From: an uncultured archaeon
Lineage (GTDB): Archaea; Thermoproteota; Bathyarchaeia; Bathyarchaeales; Bathycorpusculaceae
Length of the DNA: 64,000 nucleotides
NCBI GenBank assembly: GCA_963810275.1
Contig: CAWENF010000002.1
Coordinates: 128,001-192,000, forward strand
Direction of reading: 5' to 3'
Shown here: positions 9,524-18,998 of the stretch, piece after piece
Layout: every line of letters starts with the position of its first letter
Position numbering within the stretch: position 1 is the first letter of the stretch
Made by a program: the position numbers and the translations under genes
The notes under the pieces: generated by a model
What the model was told of the DNA's origin: nothing
The model's database searches: none
Seen by the model: the letters and a program-made list of their open reading frames with translations, nothing else

Positions 9524-10057
9524 CTAACTTAAGCCGTTCTCAGCATCATGAGCATTTACATAGATAACAAATGAGTGAGAAGTTTGATCTGAGCTCATAT
9601 GCCAATCCATTTTGTACATATTTGGGTTATAACAAGGAACTTCCAAGAAACCTGAAAACGCTTTTGTGTCACCCAATTCCATAGTTCCTATATCTATTTC
9701 AAAAGGTATATCATGAGGCTGACCTTGAGCATCATAAAACGTAATGTTACTAGAAACGTAATCGCAACCCAATTTAACATTCGTTAATCTGTCAATATTA
9801 GAATTCTCGTCAAAGGCAATTGCTGATATGCTATAATTTATTTCTGTTTTTGTACTCGTTGGAGTAACAAGACTTCCAGCTGGAATAAGGCTAGTAATGT
9901 TCCACTCATAAGACTCGCCCCTATCATCGGTGCTCCCAAACGTAACGATTAATGGTTCTGGAATTTTTGTTTCAGGCCATTGGTTATTAGAATAATAACT
10001 AAGTCCTGAAAAAATCAAGCCCATAGCGATGAGCCAAAAGAAAAAAAGATAAACCAC
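9524..10057 (-). CDS. Hypothetical membrane-anchored protein with beta-rich extracellular domain
   Basis: N-terminal TM segment followed by a beta-strand-rich domain. Confidence 0.6.
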   Translation of the reverse strand: MVYLFFFWLIAMGLIFSGLSYYSNNQWPETKIPEPLIVTFGSTDDRGESYEWNITSLIPAGSLVTPTSTKTEINYSISAIAFDENSNIDRLTNVKLGCDYVSSNITFYDAQGQPHDIPFEIDIGTMELGDTKAFSGFLEVPCYNPNMYKMDWHMSSDQTSHSFVIYVNAHDAENGLS

Positions 10058-10079
10058 ATAACGAAAAGACTTTACAGCA

Positions 10080-10322
10080 TTATCGCTTAGGGGGATTTTC
10101 TTCCTTACTTTTCAAGGTATCTGGTTTGGTTTGCTTGGGGAAATCCTTTTTCTTGTATTTGTATCCGTAATATGCTCCGCCAATTCCAAGTAGAAATGAA
10201 ACAGCCAAAAGCAAAGATGCTTCAAGAGTACCAATCAATTGAGTGGTTTTTAGAAGAAGAGCAACAGCAAAAACTATCACGAACGATGCTTCGAGAAGGT
10301 AATAGCGTATTTTGTACTCCAA
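10080..10322 (-). CDS. Small 2-TM membrane protein
   Basis: Two hydrophobic helices and a Lys-rich tail. Confidence 0.6.
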   Translation of the reverse strand: MEYKIRYYLLEASFVIVFAVALLLKTTQLIGTLEASLLLAVSFLLGIGGAYYGYKYKKKDFPKQTKPDTLKSKEENPPKR

Positions 10323-10446
10323 TCATCTACCCAGTTAGCACTATACAGGTTAAAATAAAAGCGTACTGGTTGCCTGATTTTACGCTCTCCTCTTAGCGCT
10401 TACACTTATTGTGCCATAACTACTAAATCAGAGGCGACGGCTGGCG

Positions 10447-10698
10447 TTACTTTTCATGTTCGTTAAACCATTTTTTTGCTTTCTCCATTGTCCAACCTTT
10501 ATCAAGTGCAAATAAAAACGACTCAACCTCAGTTCCAACCTTACACTCACCGCCTTTGAAATGACCTTTTGGGCATCCAATTATAGCTTTGATACCTTCC
10601 TTTTCATCGATATCTATGGTCCTAAAACTGTCAGAATCGTATTTGCTTTTATCTCCATGACCACTACGAATATAATCATCTGTTTTCTCCCATGGCAT
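10447..10698 (-). CDS. Small protein resembling an accessory domain of phage head-morphogenesis proteins
   Basis: MPWEKTDDYIRSGH...DSFRTIDI...GIKAIIG...SFLF...WTMEKAKKWF; GGAGGT RBS directly upstream of ATG 10698; family similarity is from recollection only. Confidence 0.6.
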   Translation of the reverse strand: MPWEKTDDYIRSGHGDKSKYDSDSFRTIDIDEKEGIKAIIGCPKGHFKGGECKVGTEVESFLFALDKGWTMEKAKKWFNEHEK

Positions 10699-10860
10699 AT
10701 GGTTACCTCCAAAATCTCGAAAACAAAAAATCAAGTATAAATCTGCAAGCTTGTTATTAATAATTTATTGGATAAGCTATGTAACCACAATGCTTCGGTT
10801 TTTTGGCGACAAAACGCATAAATCTTTATGGTTAATTCTATTATGTTAGAGGTTTTATTT

Positions 10861-11256
10861 TTGAAGAAAATTGGAGAAATAGTTCAAGAAGCAGATTGGA
10901 AAGTTGAAAAACACGTACCTGTCATTGAATGCGTAGACCAAGCAAAAGCTAATGAGCTTTTAGAAGTTAAAGTAACAATTGGAAAAGAAGTTGCACATCC
11001 AAACACAACTGAGCATCACATTAGCTGGATAAATTTGTTTTTCCTACCGGACGGCGAAAAGTTTCCTTACCAAATTGCACGCTGCGAGTTTATGGCACAT
11101 GGCGCTTCCGCGCAAGGACCAAACACTAGCACAGTATATACCAATCACTCGATGTCTTGCTGGATGAAAACTGGCAAACCTGGAACCCTAATAGCAGTCT
11201 CAATGTGCAATATACATGGTCTATGGCAATCATCAAAAGAAATCAAATTAATGTAG
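10861..11256 (+). CDS. sor: Superoxide reductase (neelaredoxin / class II SORL)
   Basis: EKHVP, HPNTTEHHI and CNIHG iron-ligand motifs; TTG start after a GAGG RBS. Confidence 0.93.
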   Translation: MKKIGEIVQEADWKVEKHVPVIECVDQAKANELLEVKVTIGKEVAHPNTTEHHISWINLFFLPDGEKFPYQIARCEFMAHGASAQGPNTSTVYTNHSMSCWMKTGKPGTLIAVSMCNIHGLWQSSKEIKLM

Positions 11257-11281
11257 AACACTAGTGTGCGCAAATTTGTTT

Positions 11282-11325
11282 GCCCCTGTAAAAACCAGCC
11301 AACAGGGGGCGCCTCAATTTTTATT
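11282..11325 (+). terminator. GC hairpin followed by T-run downstream of sor
   Basis: GCCCCTGT...ACAGGGGGC followed by TTTTTTATT. Confidence 0.4.
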
Positions 11326-11425
11326 GTATGCGTTTTTCAAATATAAGAGACCGATTTGATTTTCCTTCAATTTCTCGCGTTATGTTCTGTAAAGAAAAAT
11401 ACGCTATCATATTGAAAAAGTAGCA

Positions 11426-11503
11426 TTGCAAATGAACAATTAACTAGAAGCCATCTCAGCTCCCAATAGCTTTTTTTGAGAACAAAAAAAGAAAAGAGGG
11501 AAG
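11426..11503. repeat. Copy A (partial) of a dispersed non-coding element 3' of PQQ-propeller genes
   Basis: TTGCAAATGAACAATTAACTAGAAGCCATCTCAGC resembles the copies near 37378 and 37738. Confidence 0.6.
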
Positions 11504-11506
11504 TTT

Positions 11507-14089
11507 TTACTTCTTTCGTAAGAGCAGTAGGCCTACTATTGCTATTGCAATTATTATTGCGATTGTACTTGCTGCAAAGTAGAGTTCCATCGGAGTCGAT
11601 GTTGTTTGTTCTACTGGGGTTGTGGTTGGTACAGTTATTTCTCCTGCAGTGAAGTATGCTGTATCATAGGATGCATAGTAGGATTCTGAACCTGGGAATG
11701 TTGCAGTGACTTTATAGTCGCCTGTAATGTCAGGTGTCCAAGTCATGGCAAACTTTCCGTTTGCATCGCTGGTAACGTCTCCGATGTGTCGGTAGTTGCC
11801 GTTTGAGTCTAGTACGTCGATCGATATTGGAACTCCTGTGACGTTGTTGGGCATTGGTTGTTGCATATACACTGCTTCCATAAAGCCGCTCATGCTTGCA
11901 TCTGACACGCAGGGTAGTCCATTTGGGAAGTTTGCTGCAACTGCTTCCTGTTTTGAGCCGCTTGAAAGGTCGTAGATTGAGCCGCTTATGGTTATGGGTT
12001 CTGATGTTGTTACGCCTACGTCGGGTGTGTTTACAGTTAGCTGTGAGGCTCCTTTGCCCCATGCATAGATTTGGTTGTCATAGGCGTTGAGCGTTGTCAT
12101 GACTCCGTCTGAAATGGCAGGTGCGCTTGTGACATCAAATGCTTCGATTTGCCATACTAGCGAGCCATCGGTTGTGTTGATACATAGCTGGTGTGCGTTG
12201 TGGAATAATGGTGGGCTGTACATGTGTCCTTCGGGAACGTACAGTTTGCCGTCAGCTACAGTTCCTACGGTGAAAGTCCACAGAGAATTGTGGCCATAGG
12301 GTGATTCATAACCTGCTGGTGGTGTATGGTACTCCCAGAGGATTTCGCCAGTGGTTTGTTTGATTGCGTAGACGTCTCCGCCGTATGTCCAGACGTATGA
12401 TGTGCCGTTTGCGTATTGGTAGTTCTCGCCTAGTGAAGCGTATGGGCTAACATTTGGGAGTTCAATTGGGCCCCAGACTTTGTTGCCTGTGGTTAAGCTG
12501 TAGCCTGTGGCGGTTAATGCGCTGGAGTCGAGTTCTATCCAGACACCGTCGCCTGCCATGGCTGAGCTCATGAGAACTCTTGAGTTCACGACTTCGGTGC
12601 GGTTAACGGGTCCCCAAAGGAGGTGGCCGTCGGTTCTGCTGTATCCTGCTTGTATCATCCAGCCTGCTTGGAAGAATGAGCTGCCTGCGTTACTTGATTG
12701 TGTCACGACGATTGTGTCGTCAGCTATTACAGAGATTCCAAGGCTTATCGGTTCGCCGTCGATGGTGGAGTTGATGGGTGCTGACCATTGTACGCCGTTA
12801 CTGAAGTCTATGACGGATCCTTCCGCTGGCCTCCACATCCAGTTGTCTGCTGGTGCAGAGCCTCCGCCATAGTAAAAGCCTCCTTGACCAACGTTGATGC
12901 ATCGAGTGGAGTTCCACATCGAAATAGAACGTGGACTACCTGCAGTTGCAAACGGACTTGAAGAGTTGACATAGTACCCTATTAAATTGCCTCTCTCGTC
13001 CGATGTTAGTTGCATGGATGTACCGTTTTCAATGGTTAAGATGTAGTCGCCAGTTAGGGCATCATACATTCTGTAGGTTGATTGCGCAGCCATGAATCCT
13101 CCGCCTGATGAGGGTACTGACCAGAGATATGCGAGACCACCGTATTGGTTGGGTGTAATCATGTTAAGTATCTGTCCGCATCTAAGTAGGTCTGTGGTGT
13201 TCTTGGTCCAGATGGTTTCTCCAGTTTTTAGGTTGACTGCAGTCCATCCTGTATAGTAGCTTGAGCTGCCTGGGTAGTTAGTGTAGTAGAGTATGCCGTT
13301 CATGATGATTGGGGCAAATTTGGGTTCGTACTGAGAGGTTGAGTAGTAGTTACCTGTTTCTTCGCCGCCGTATTCTCCGCCTATTGTGCCACCGAAAGCC
13401 TCAACTTTTGTCCATAGGATGTGGCCTGTGTTTGGTGCGGTTGTGTAGGGGTTGTAGTTTCCGTTTATGCTGCGCTCGCCGGTTGTTGCGAAGGTTGATG
13501 CTGCAAGTCCTAGCCAGTTTCCTGCGATCGTGTACCAGTTGGTGTTTTCAGCGTAGATTGGGCGTGTCCAATATTCAGTTGGAAGTGGATTTAAGGCTGC
13601 ATAACCTATTGGTTCCTGTTGGACTTCGAGTGTGAAGACTTTGCTTTCGCTTGGTTTGTAGTAGTCGCCTACATAGGGGCTTGTTGATACTCCGCCGCCG
13701 GGGTTGTTTAGGCCTTGTAGTGTTTCTCCCAGGAATATGCATTGGAAGGTGTAATTACCGATTGTATCTGGTGTGTATCTTATCACTGTGCCTCCTGTTG
13801 CGTCAGAGGTGAATGGTCCTAGGGTTTCCACGTGTCCGTCTGGATTAGTGACTGTTACTGTCAAATTTGTCCATCTGTCACCGTATTGGGCGCTAGCAGT
13901 TGGAGGTGGGCTGCCTAGCCAGAAGTTTACGTTGACCGTTTGGCCGACGCCGATTGGGTTAGGCGAGACTACTATGAAGGAGTAGGTGTCAAAGCTCCAT
14001 GGTGGATCATGTGCGCTAGCTATGGATGCTGAAAGTGATGTGGCAAGTAAAACGATTATAGCAATAGCTAAGATTTTGAATTTTTTCAC
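11507..14089 (-). CDS. PQQ-like beta-propeller surface protein (signal peptide, Ig-like domains, C-terminal TM anchor)
   Basis: Signal peptide, PNPIGVGQ Ig-like domain, PLPTEYWTRPI, repeated A...TG...W propeller blades, D.NGN.R.IG domain, PT-rich linker, TM, RKK. Confidence 0.9.
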   Translation of the reverse strand: MKKFKILAIAIIVLLATSLSASIASAHDPPWSFDTYSFIVVSPNPIGVGQTVNVNFWLGSPPPTASAQYGDRWTNLTVTVTNPDGHVETLGPFTSDATGGTVIRYTPDTIGNYTFQCIFLGETLQGLNNPGGGVSTSPYVGDYYKPSESKVFTLEVQQEPIGYAALNPLPTEYWTRPIYAENTNWYTIAGNWLGLAASTFATTGERSINGNYNPYTTAPNTGHILWTKVEAFGGTIGGEYGGEETGNYYSTSQYEPKFAPIIMNGILYYTNYPGSSSYYTGWTAVNLKTGETIWTKNTTDLLRCGQILNMITPNQYGGLAYLWSVPSSGGGFMAAQSTYRMYDALTGDYILTIENGTSMQLTSDERGNLIGYYVNSSSPFATAGSPRSISMWNSTRCINVGQGGFYYGGGSAPADNWMWRPAEGSVIDFSNGVQWSAPINSTIDGEPISLGISVIADDTIVVTQSSNAGSSFFQAGWMIQAGYSRTDGHLLWGPVNRTEVVNSRVLMSSAMAGDGVWIELDSSALTATGYSLTTGNKVWGPIELPNVSPYASLGENYQYANGTSYVWTYGGDVYAIKQTTGEILWEYHTPPAGYESPYGHNSLWTFTVGTVADGKLYVPEGHMYSPPLFHNAHQLCINTTDGSLVWQIEAFDVTSAPAISDGVMTTLNAYDNQIYAWGKGASQLTVNTPDVGVTTSEPITISGSIYDLSSGSKQEAVAANFPNGLPCVSDASMSGFMEAVYMQQPMPNNVTGVPISIDVLDSNGNYRHIGDVTSDANGKFAMTWTPDITGDYKVTATFPGSESYYASYDTAYFTAGEITVPTTTPVEQTTSTPMELYFAASTIAIIIAIAIVGLLLLRKK

Positions 14090-14221
14090 AATTTTATTCT
14101 CCTTATTTTATTTGCTGAAAATTTAGCTTGCAATATTCAGCTACCGTCTAGGTGGCGGAAACTCAATATAACTGTTTCTAAAAATCCTTTATTTTTTTGC
14201 ATTGACATTAATAAATCTATC

Positions 14222-14686
14222 TTGAATTTTACGAAGTTTTTAACGGTATTTTTCACTAAAATTTTTCCGTCGCGCTTGCGCGTAACTTATATTTCATCAA
14301 GGCCCTCGCCAACCAGTGCAACAACGCCTTTACCTACCTATGATAATTCAGCAATCACTCACCAACAAAGGAACCGAGACCTATCAAATCAATTGCTATT
14401 CCCAACACCGACACGTCCATCATCTCCAATCGATACAACAGAACCAATCCAAACAGTCCATCCAACAAGCAGTCCCACCCAAACAAGCAAGCCTACGCCA
14501 CTACCAACAGCTTTCACGGCTCAATTTATGATCATAGCGATCATAATATTAGTGGTGTCTTTGCCTGCTATCGCAGTTTTGCTTACGAAAAGGCGAAATT
14601 GCCAACTAAAAGCTACACGACGCCAAATTCCGTGGGATCTATTCCTGCTTTTTTTGCCCATTCTAAATCTTCTGAGGCATTTTTAA
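14222..14686 (+). pseudogene. Fragment resembling the C-terminal PT-linker/TM anchor of a surface protein
   Basis: Pro/Thr/Ser-rich stretch, TM helix, then KRR; no signal peptide or globular domain; 3' end overlaps the HTH gene. Confidence 0.4.
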
Positions 14687-14819
14687 GTTTTCTTTGTGCT
14701 CTCTTATGCATTCGGCATATAGTTGGCGGAATAATGTTTAGCTCACGACCTATTTGGTAGTCGCTCATATCTTGATTTGCAAACTCGAGAATTCGGCGTT
14801 CCATAGTAGTTAAAGCCAT
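14613..14819 (-). CDS. Small HTH DNA-binding protein (LuxR / sigma-70 region 4-like), divergent from the virion cluster
   Basis: LTTMERRILEF...MSDYQIGRELNIIPPTI...KRAQRKL. Confidence 0.8.
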   Translation of the reverse strand: MALTTMERRILEFANQDMSDYQIGRELNIIPPTICRMHKRAQRKLKNASEDLEWAKKAGIDPTEFGVV

Positions 14820-14843
14820 GGCATCGTTTCCTCCCCCATATAA

Positions 14844-14873
14844 AGGTTATTATCACTTTTTGGCTAATAACCT
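14844..14873. promoter_or_regulatory. Perfect 9-bp inverted repeat in the divergent promoter (operator candidate)
   Basis: AGGTTATTA-N12-TAATAACCT, next to a TATA-like ATATAAA. Confidence 0.55.
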
Positions 14874-14910
14874 ATTTCCATATCGTAATACATAAGACTA
14901 TCGATGGAAT

Positions 14911-16026
14911 ATGTCAGAGAAAGAGACCCAAAACCACGAAACCCCCAGTAGCAGGGGACTGGAGCATCTCTTAACTGTTCTGCCCTTCAGTATTCTTGAA
15001 AAGATGGCCGACAAACCCCTAAAGATTCGGGGAATAGCCATGACAATAGGCATGAGTCGAAACCTCAACATTTACACTTCTGAGGAACTACAAGCTTTCA
15101 CAAACAAACTAGTTAACGCACCCGTCTATATTGAGCATGTTGCGGTTCCCAACGCTGTTGGCAAGGTCATCAAGACTGATTGGGATGGCCACAGCCTCTG
15201 GTATGAAGCTGAAATCTATGATGACCAGGTTGCTGAAAAGATCCGCAAAGGTCTAATTCAGCATGTCAGCGTCGGAGCGGACTACGAAGCCGTCGAAATT
15301 GTTGACGGCAAGGTTCCCCATGGCTTGCATAATGCCGAGTTAAGCCTTGTTGCCGTTCCCGGTATTCCCGAGACTAACGTGCAAGTTTTAGAAAAGCTAA
15401 TAGACGTCAAAGTTAAGGAAGCTCTCCGAAAGGCTGACGTTCAAGAATCAAGATGGCACATAGATTATGCTACCAACCTACCTGACGGTTGTTTTGCTGC
15501 TATTGAGTCTGGCGGGACTAAGGATGACCAAGACGAAACTACGCCACGCAACCTAAGACAATTAGAGTATAAGGATGCAGAGGACAATCTCGACCAGACA
15601 CACGATATAGATGCACTGCAGCAACTTGACCAAACTAAAATCTCGTCAGAACTAAAGGACCAGCCACTTGAAAAACTCTGCTCAACGGCAAAAGAATTAA
15701 AAATCGAAAGCGTCATTTGCGACCTGCAAGAAAAAAACGAGTGTCTACAGGCTAAGCTCTCAGAAGCCGAGAGCAAACTTGCGGATGCCACAAGTAAACT
15801 TTCTGATGCACAGAAAAACATTGAAGAGTTGCGAAAGCAAGTGCCCGATAGCGGTTTACTCAAAAATCCGCCAAAGATGATAGCGGTTTCTGAAGCCACA
15901 AGGATGGTTGAGGCTGTTTTGCCGTCTCCTATGGTTCAAAGAAGTTGGAGTTTAGGACCGCAAAGAATGTGTCAGGAACTTCACAGAGTAGTCAAACAGC
16001 TAGAGCAGAAAGCAGGAGGCGTCTAG
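14911..16026 (+). CDS. Prohead protease fused to scaffolding coiled coil
   Basis: IRGIAM...SRN...Y..EEL...PVYIEH (His), VSVG (Ser), ELSLVAVPG; C-terminal heptad coiled coil. Confidence 0.85.
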   Translation: MSEKETQNHETPSSRGLEHLLTVLPFSILEKMADKPLKIRGIAMTIGMSRNLNIYTSEELQAFTNKLVNAPVYIEHVAVPNAVGKVIKTDWDGHSLWYEAEIYDDQVAEKIRKGLIQHVSVGADYEAVEIVDGKVPHGLHNAELSLVAVPGIPETNVQVLEKLIDVKVKEALRKADVQESRWHIDYATNLPDGCFAAIESGGTKDDQDETTPRNLRQLEYKDAEDNLDQTHDIDALQQLDQTKISSELKDQPLEKLCSTAKELKIESVICDLQEKNECLQAKLSEAESKLADATSKLSDAQKNIEELRKQVPDSGLLKNPPKMIAVSEATRMVEAVLPSPMVQRSWSLGPQRMCQELHRVVKQLEQKAGGV

Positions 16027-16110
16027 CTGTGTTTTTGCTCACTTTTGTGGGGAAGAGTACCAAAGGACGAACTTTGGGAAATTCAAAACAAACATTCGAT
16101 TTGATTTTGA

Positions 16111-16539
16111 ATGGCCGATAAAACAGGTAAAACTTGGATGGCTGCCGGAGAAACCGACGACCCAAACGCTGCAATAGAATCCTTTGAAGCTGCAGTTGGC
16201 ATAACCAAAGGCTCACCCGTCTACCTAAGCGCTGATGATAAGATCTCGCCAAGCCCTGGCGGAGACGACGCCATAGGCATAGCGACCAAAACTGTATCAG
16301 TCGCTGAGATGTGTCCGGTGCTAAAACGGGGCAGAGTCAAAGTCATAGCTAATGGAGCCATAACACGTGGCAAAGCAGTCTGCGGGGCAGCAGACAACAA
16401 AGTAGCTCCATTAGTGGACCAAGCAGTAGACGAGGGGGGAGCCGCAACTTACACCGTATTCTACAGTCGCAAACTTGGAACTGCGCTTGAATCCGCTGTC
16501 AATGATGGCGACTTGATCTTCATTGATGTGCAGAAGTGA
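16111..16539 (+). CDS. Capsid decoration/cement protein (DUF2190-like)
   Basis: A..GITKGSPV...AIGIA...V...G.VKV.A.GAITRG..V...LGTALE.A...GDLI.I pattern; directly upstream of the capsid gene. Confidence 0.8.
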   Translation: MADKTGKTWMAAGETDDPNAAIESFEAAVGITKGSPVYLSADDKISPSPGGDDAIGIATKTVSVAEMCPVLKRGRVKVIANGAITRGKAVCGAADNKVAPLVDQAVDEGGAATYTVFYSRKLGTALESAVNDGDLIFIDVQK

Positions 16540-17498
16540 TTGACATGAAACCGAAAATTTTTGAAGCCCTCATGTCAAAGCCCAACGATCAACGCGAAGT
16601 CTACGAGAAACTCAAACAGAGAGCTGATCATCCTTTTCTTGCGCGCTACTCTCAAATGGGTGTCAAAGAAGGCTTTTTCAGTGACATGGCAGGTGCTCTT
16701 GGCCTAATGCATGACACTTTGGTTGATGCTGCATGGCCAGAGTTGATAGGCAGAAACATAATCACCGTTATGCCGACAACTGATGCAATGGAACGTTTTC
16801 CACTTGATGCCGGAGCAGTTGGCTACCGCTATGCTGAAGGTGCCATAACTAGACTGAGCTCTAAAAAACCATCAACCGTTGACATTGCAACTAATCAGTT
16901 AGCAGAAGCCGCTGATGAGTGGACAAGAGAATATCTTGAAGATGCCACTTGGAACGTAATGAATCAAGCCGTCGACAATGTAGGCAGAGCCTTAGGCAAG
17001 AACGAAACCGAAGTAATACTTGCCTTATACGCTGCAGTCTTAGCTGCTGATTTGGCTACTGGTGCAGAGCTAGCTGGGGGCGGGGCTGTCGCTAGCTGGG
17101 CGTCTCTTTTGAGTTTACATGAAGCTGTCAGAAGAGAGAATTGGCGCCCAAACGTTCTTGCCGTCAATGAGATGCAACTTCATCAGCTGCTAAATGATGA
17201 CAGATTCGTGAAATCCGTCTATTTGCCAAGTAGTGAAACAGACATCGCTCAGGGAACTATTGGTAGCGTACTTGGTATGAAAGTGCAATCCAGCACGCTT
17301 GTGCCCAACGGAACCATGTATGCCATCGATACCCGGATAGCTGCAGTTATGCTTATGCGCAGAGACGTAACCGTCGAGGACTGGGAAGATGTCAAGACCG
17401 GCAAATATGGCGTCCGAGGAACCACAAGGTTTGGCGCTGGCATTCTTCGATCCAAAGCTATTGCCCGAATGACTAACATTAAGCAAACAATCACTTAG
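16536..17498 (+). CDS. Major capsid protein, HK97 fold
   Basis: AEGA E-loop, TREYLEDA, backbone helix GRALGKNETEVI, GSVLGMKV..S..VP.GT...ID, R.G.GI. Confidence 0.92.
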   Translation: MIDMKPKIFEALMSKPNDQREVYEKLKQRADHPFLARYSQMGVKEGFFSDMAGALGLMHDTLVDAAWPELIGRNIITVMPTTDAMERFPLDAGAVGYRYAEGAITRLSSKKPSTVDIATNQLAEAADEWTREYLEDATWNVMNQAVDNVGRALGKNETEVILALYAAVLAADLATGAELAGGGAVASWASLLSLHEAVRRENWRPNVLAVNEMQLHQLLNDDRFVKSVYLPSSETDIAQGTIGSVLGMKVQSSTLVPNGTMYAIDTRIAAVMLMRRDVTVEDWEDVKTGKYGVRGTTRFGAGILRSKAIARMTNIKQTIT

Positions 17499-17553
17499 CC
17501 TGCCATGGACCAGCAATTTTTCCCCATTTTTTGGACTATAAAACAACTCGAGG

Positions 17554-18798
17554 TTGACCTATATGAGTAGCATCTTGAAGAGAATTCATGAAGTTCTCGC
17601 CTATGCGCCTGCTTCGGGGGTGGCTTCGCCAAAGAACAGGGTGTTCTTTGACACCTCATGCATTCCACTCGCCGATGTCATGAAGCTTTACGATCGAGAC
17701 CCGACTTGCAAAAGTAGTGTGGACCTGCTGGCGGCTTCAACTGTTGGGATGGGTTTCTACACCACTATCGATGAGAAATACGATAAGGCTTCTGAGGCTA
17801 AGGCGGTTGTGGATAAGTTCTGTGAAGACGTCAACCTTGATAGGCTCCTAAATGATATGGCTAAGCCGCTAATTGCCTGTGGCAATGATTTCTGGCTCAA
17901 ACTCACGCCTGAACACCTAACCGATACCGTTCGCATACCCATTGACGCAACCCAACGCATTGGCTTAAGCACCGTTCCCACCCTAAAAATCCCTTACAAA
18001 GTTACAGGTTACCAGCTTTCAGGCACTTACGGAGGCAATGCTGCGAACGAACTCAAACCCGAAGCGGTTATCCATTGGCATTTTAACAGTGACGTTCCGT
18101 CAGGTTTTGGCGTCGGTTTGCTCCAAGTTCTCCTGCACACCTTAACAGTTGACAATGACAAACGACCGTCCTACGCTTGGATGAAAGCTAAGATAGAGAA
18201 AATTTTGCCTAACATATTCACCAAGTACGCTGGACCCGACGTTGTTGTGCAACTGGAAGGGCAGAAAGAGGACACTATCAAAAAGTACGAATCTGCAATT
18301 AAGAATCGCCCAGAAGAAGGCCAGTGGCTTTTCAGTGGCGCCAAATCAGTCGGTGTCTACCCAGTAACTATTGACCCTCGAGCACGCTTTGAGTACTATA
18401 TCGACCATATGGTCAACCAATTCTATCTTGGATGTGAAACGCCTCTGCCACGCCTGTTTAGCACTCCAGGCTTCACCGAAGCTAGCGCAAGGGCAGCCTT
18501 AGACCTCCAAGACATGCTCATCAAACCAGTCCAGCGCTACATCAAACGCCAAGTGGAAAAAGAAATCTTCGAAGTAACAGTGGATCAAGCTGGTTATGAC
18601 TCTACTAAGGCGAAGGTTAGGTTGAATTTTGGCAGCCCCGAAACCCCAGAGATCGTGCTTGCCGATCTAATCAAAGCCGCTGAAATAGGGCTGGTGAGAA
18701 CTGAGGAATTCCGAAAGAACGCGATTAAGTTTGGTTGGGAACTTTGGGATAGCCAACCGAAATCTGCGGTTCAGAGTAAGGAGGTAAATGAAAAATGA
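17554..18798 (+). CDS. Portal protein
   Basis: Y.RDP.CK.SVD....VG.G, L..GN.F, EAVIHW...FGVG.L, LG...P; 414 aa. Confidence 0.85.
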   Translation: MTYMSSILKRIHEVLAYAPASGVASPKNRVFFDTSCIPLADVMKLYDRDPTCKSSVDLLAASTVGMGFYTTIDEKYDKASEAKAVVDKFCEDVNLDRLLNDMAKPLIACGNDFWLKLTPEHLTDTVRIPIDATQRIGLSTVPTLKIPYKVTGYQLSGTYGGNAANELKPEAVIHWHFNSDVPSGFGVGLLQVLLHTLTVDNDKRPSYAWMKAKIEKILPNIFTKYAGPDVVVQLEGQKEDTIKKYESAIKNRPEEGQWLFSGAKSVGVYPVTIDPRARFEYYIDHMVNQFYLGCETPLPRLFSTPGFTEASARAALDLQDMLIKPVQRYIKRQVEKEIFEVTVDQAGYDSTKAKVRLNFGSPETPEIVLADLIKAAEIGLVRTEEFRKNAIKFGWELWDSQPKSAVQSKEVNEK

Positions 18799-18995
18799 AG
18801 TTGTCAGACAAACAGCAGGCGCTTTTGATGTTTGCTGCTTTCGTTCTGCCACCATTGGCCACTTGGATGGGACTTGGCTTTCCAGTGGGAAACGTCGAAC
18901 TCGGCATCCTGGGCAGCTCAATGGTGGGCGGCGTGATTGCAGGCATAAAAGAACTGCTTGGCGGCAAACCGCAAGAAAGCGCAGGAGCTGTGTAA
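18795..18995 (+). CDS. Small 2-TM protein (holin-like)
   Basis: 66 aa with two hydrophobic helices, inside the virion operon; GGAGG RBS. Confidence 0.55.
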   Translation: MKLSDKQQALLMFAAFVLPPLATWMGLGFPVGNVELGILGSSMVGGVIAGIKELLGGKPQESAGAV

Positions 18996-18998
18996 AAG

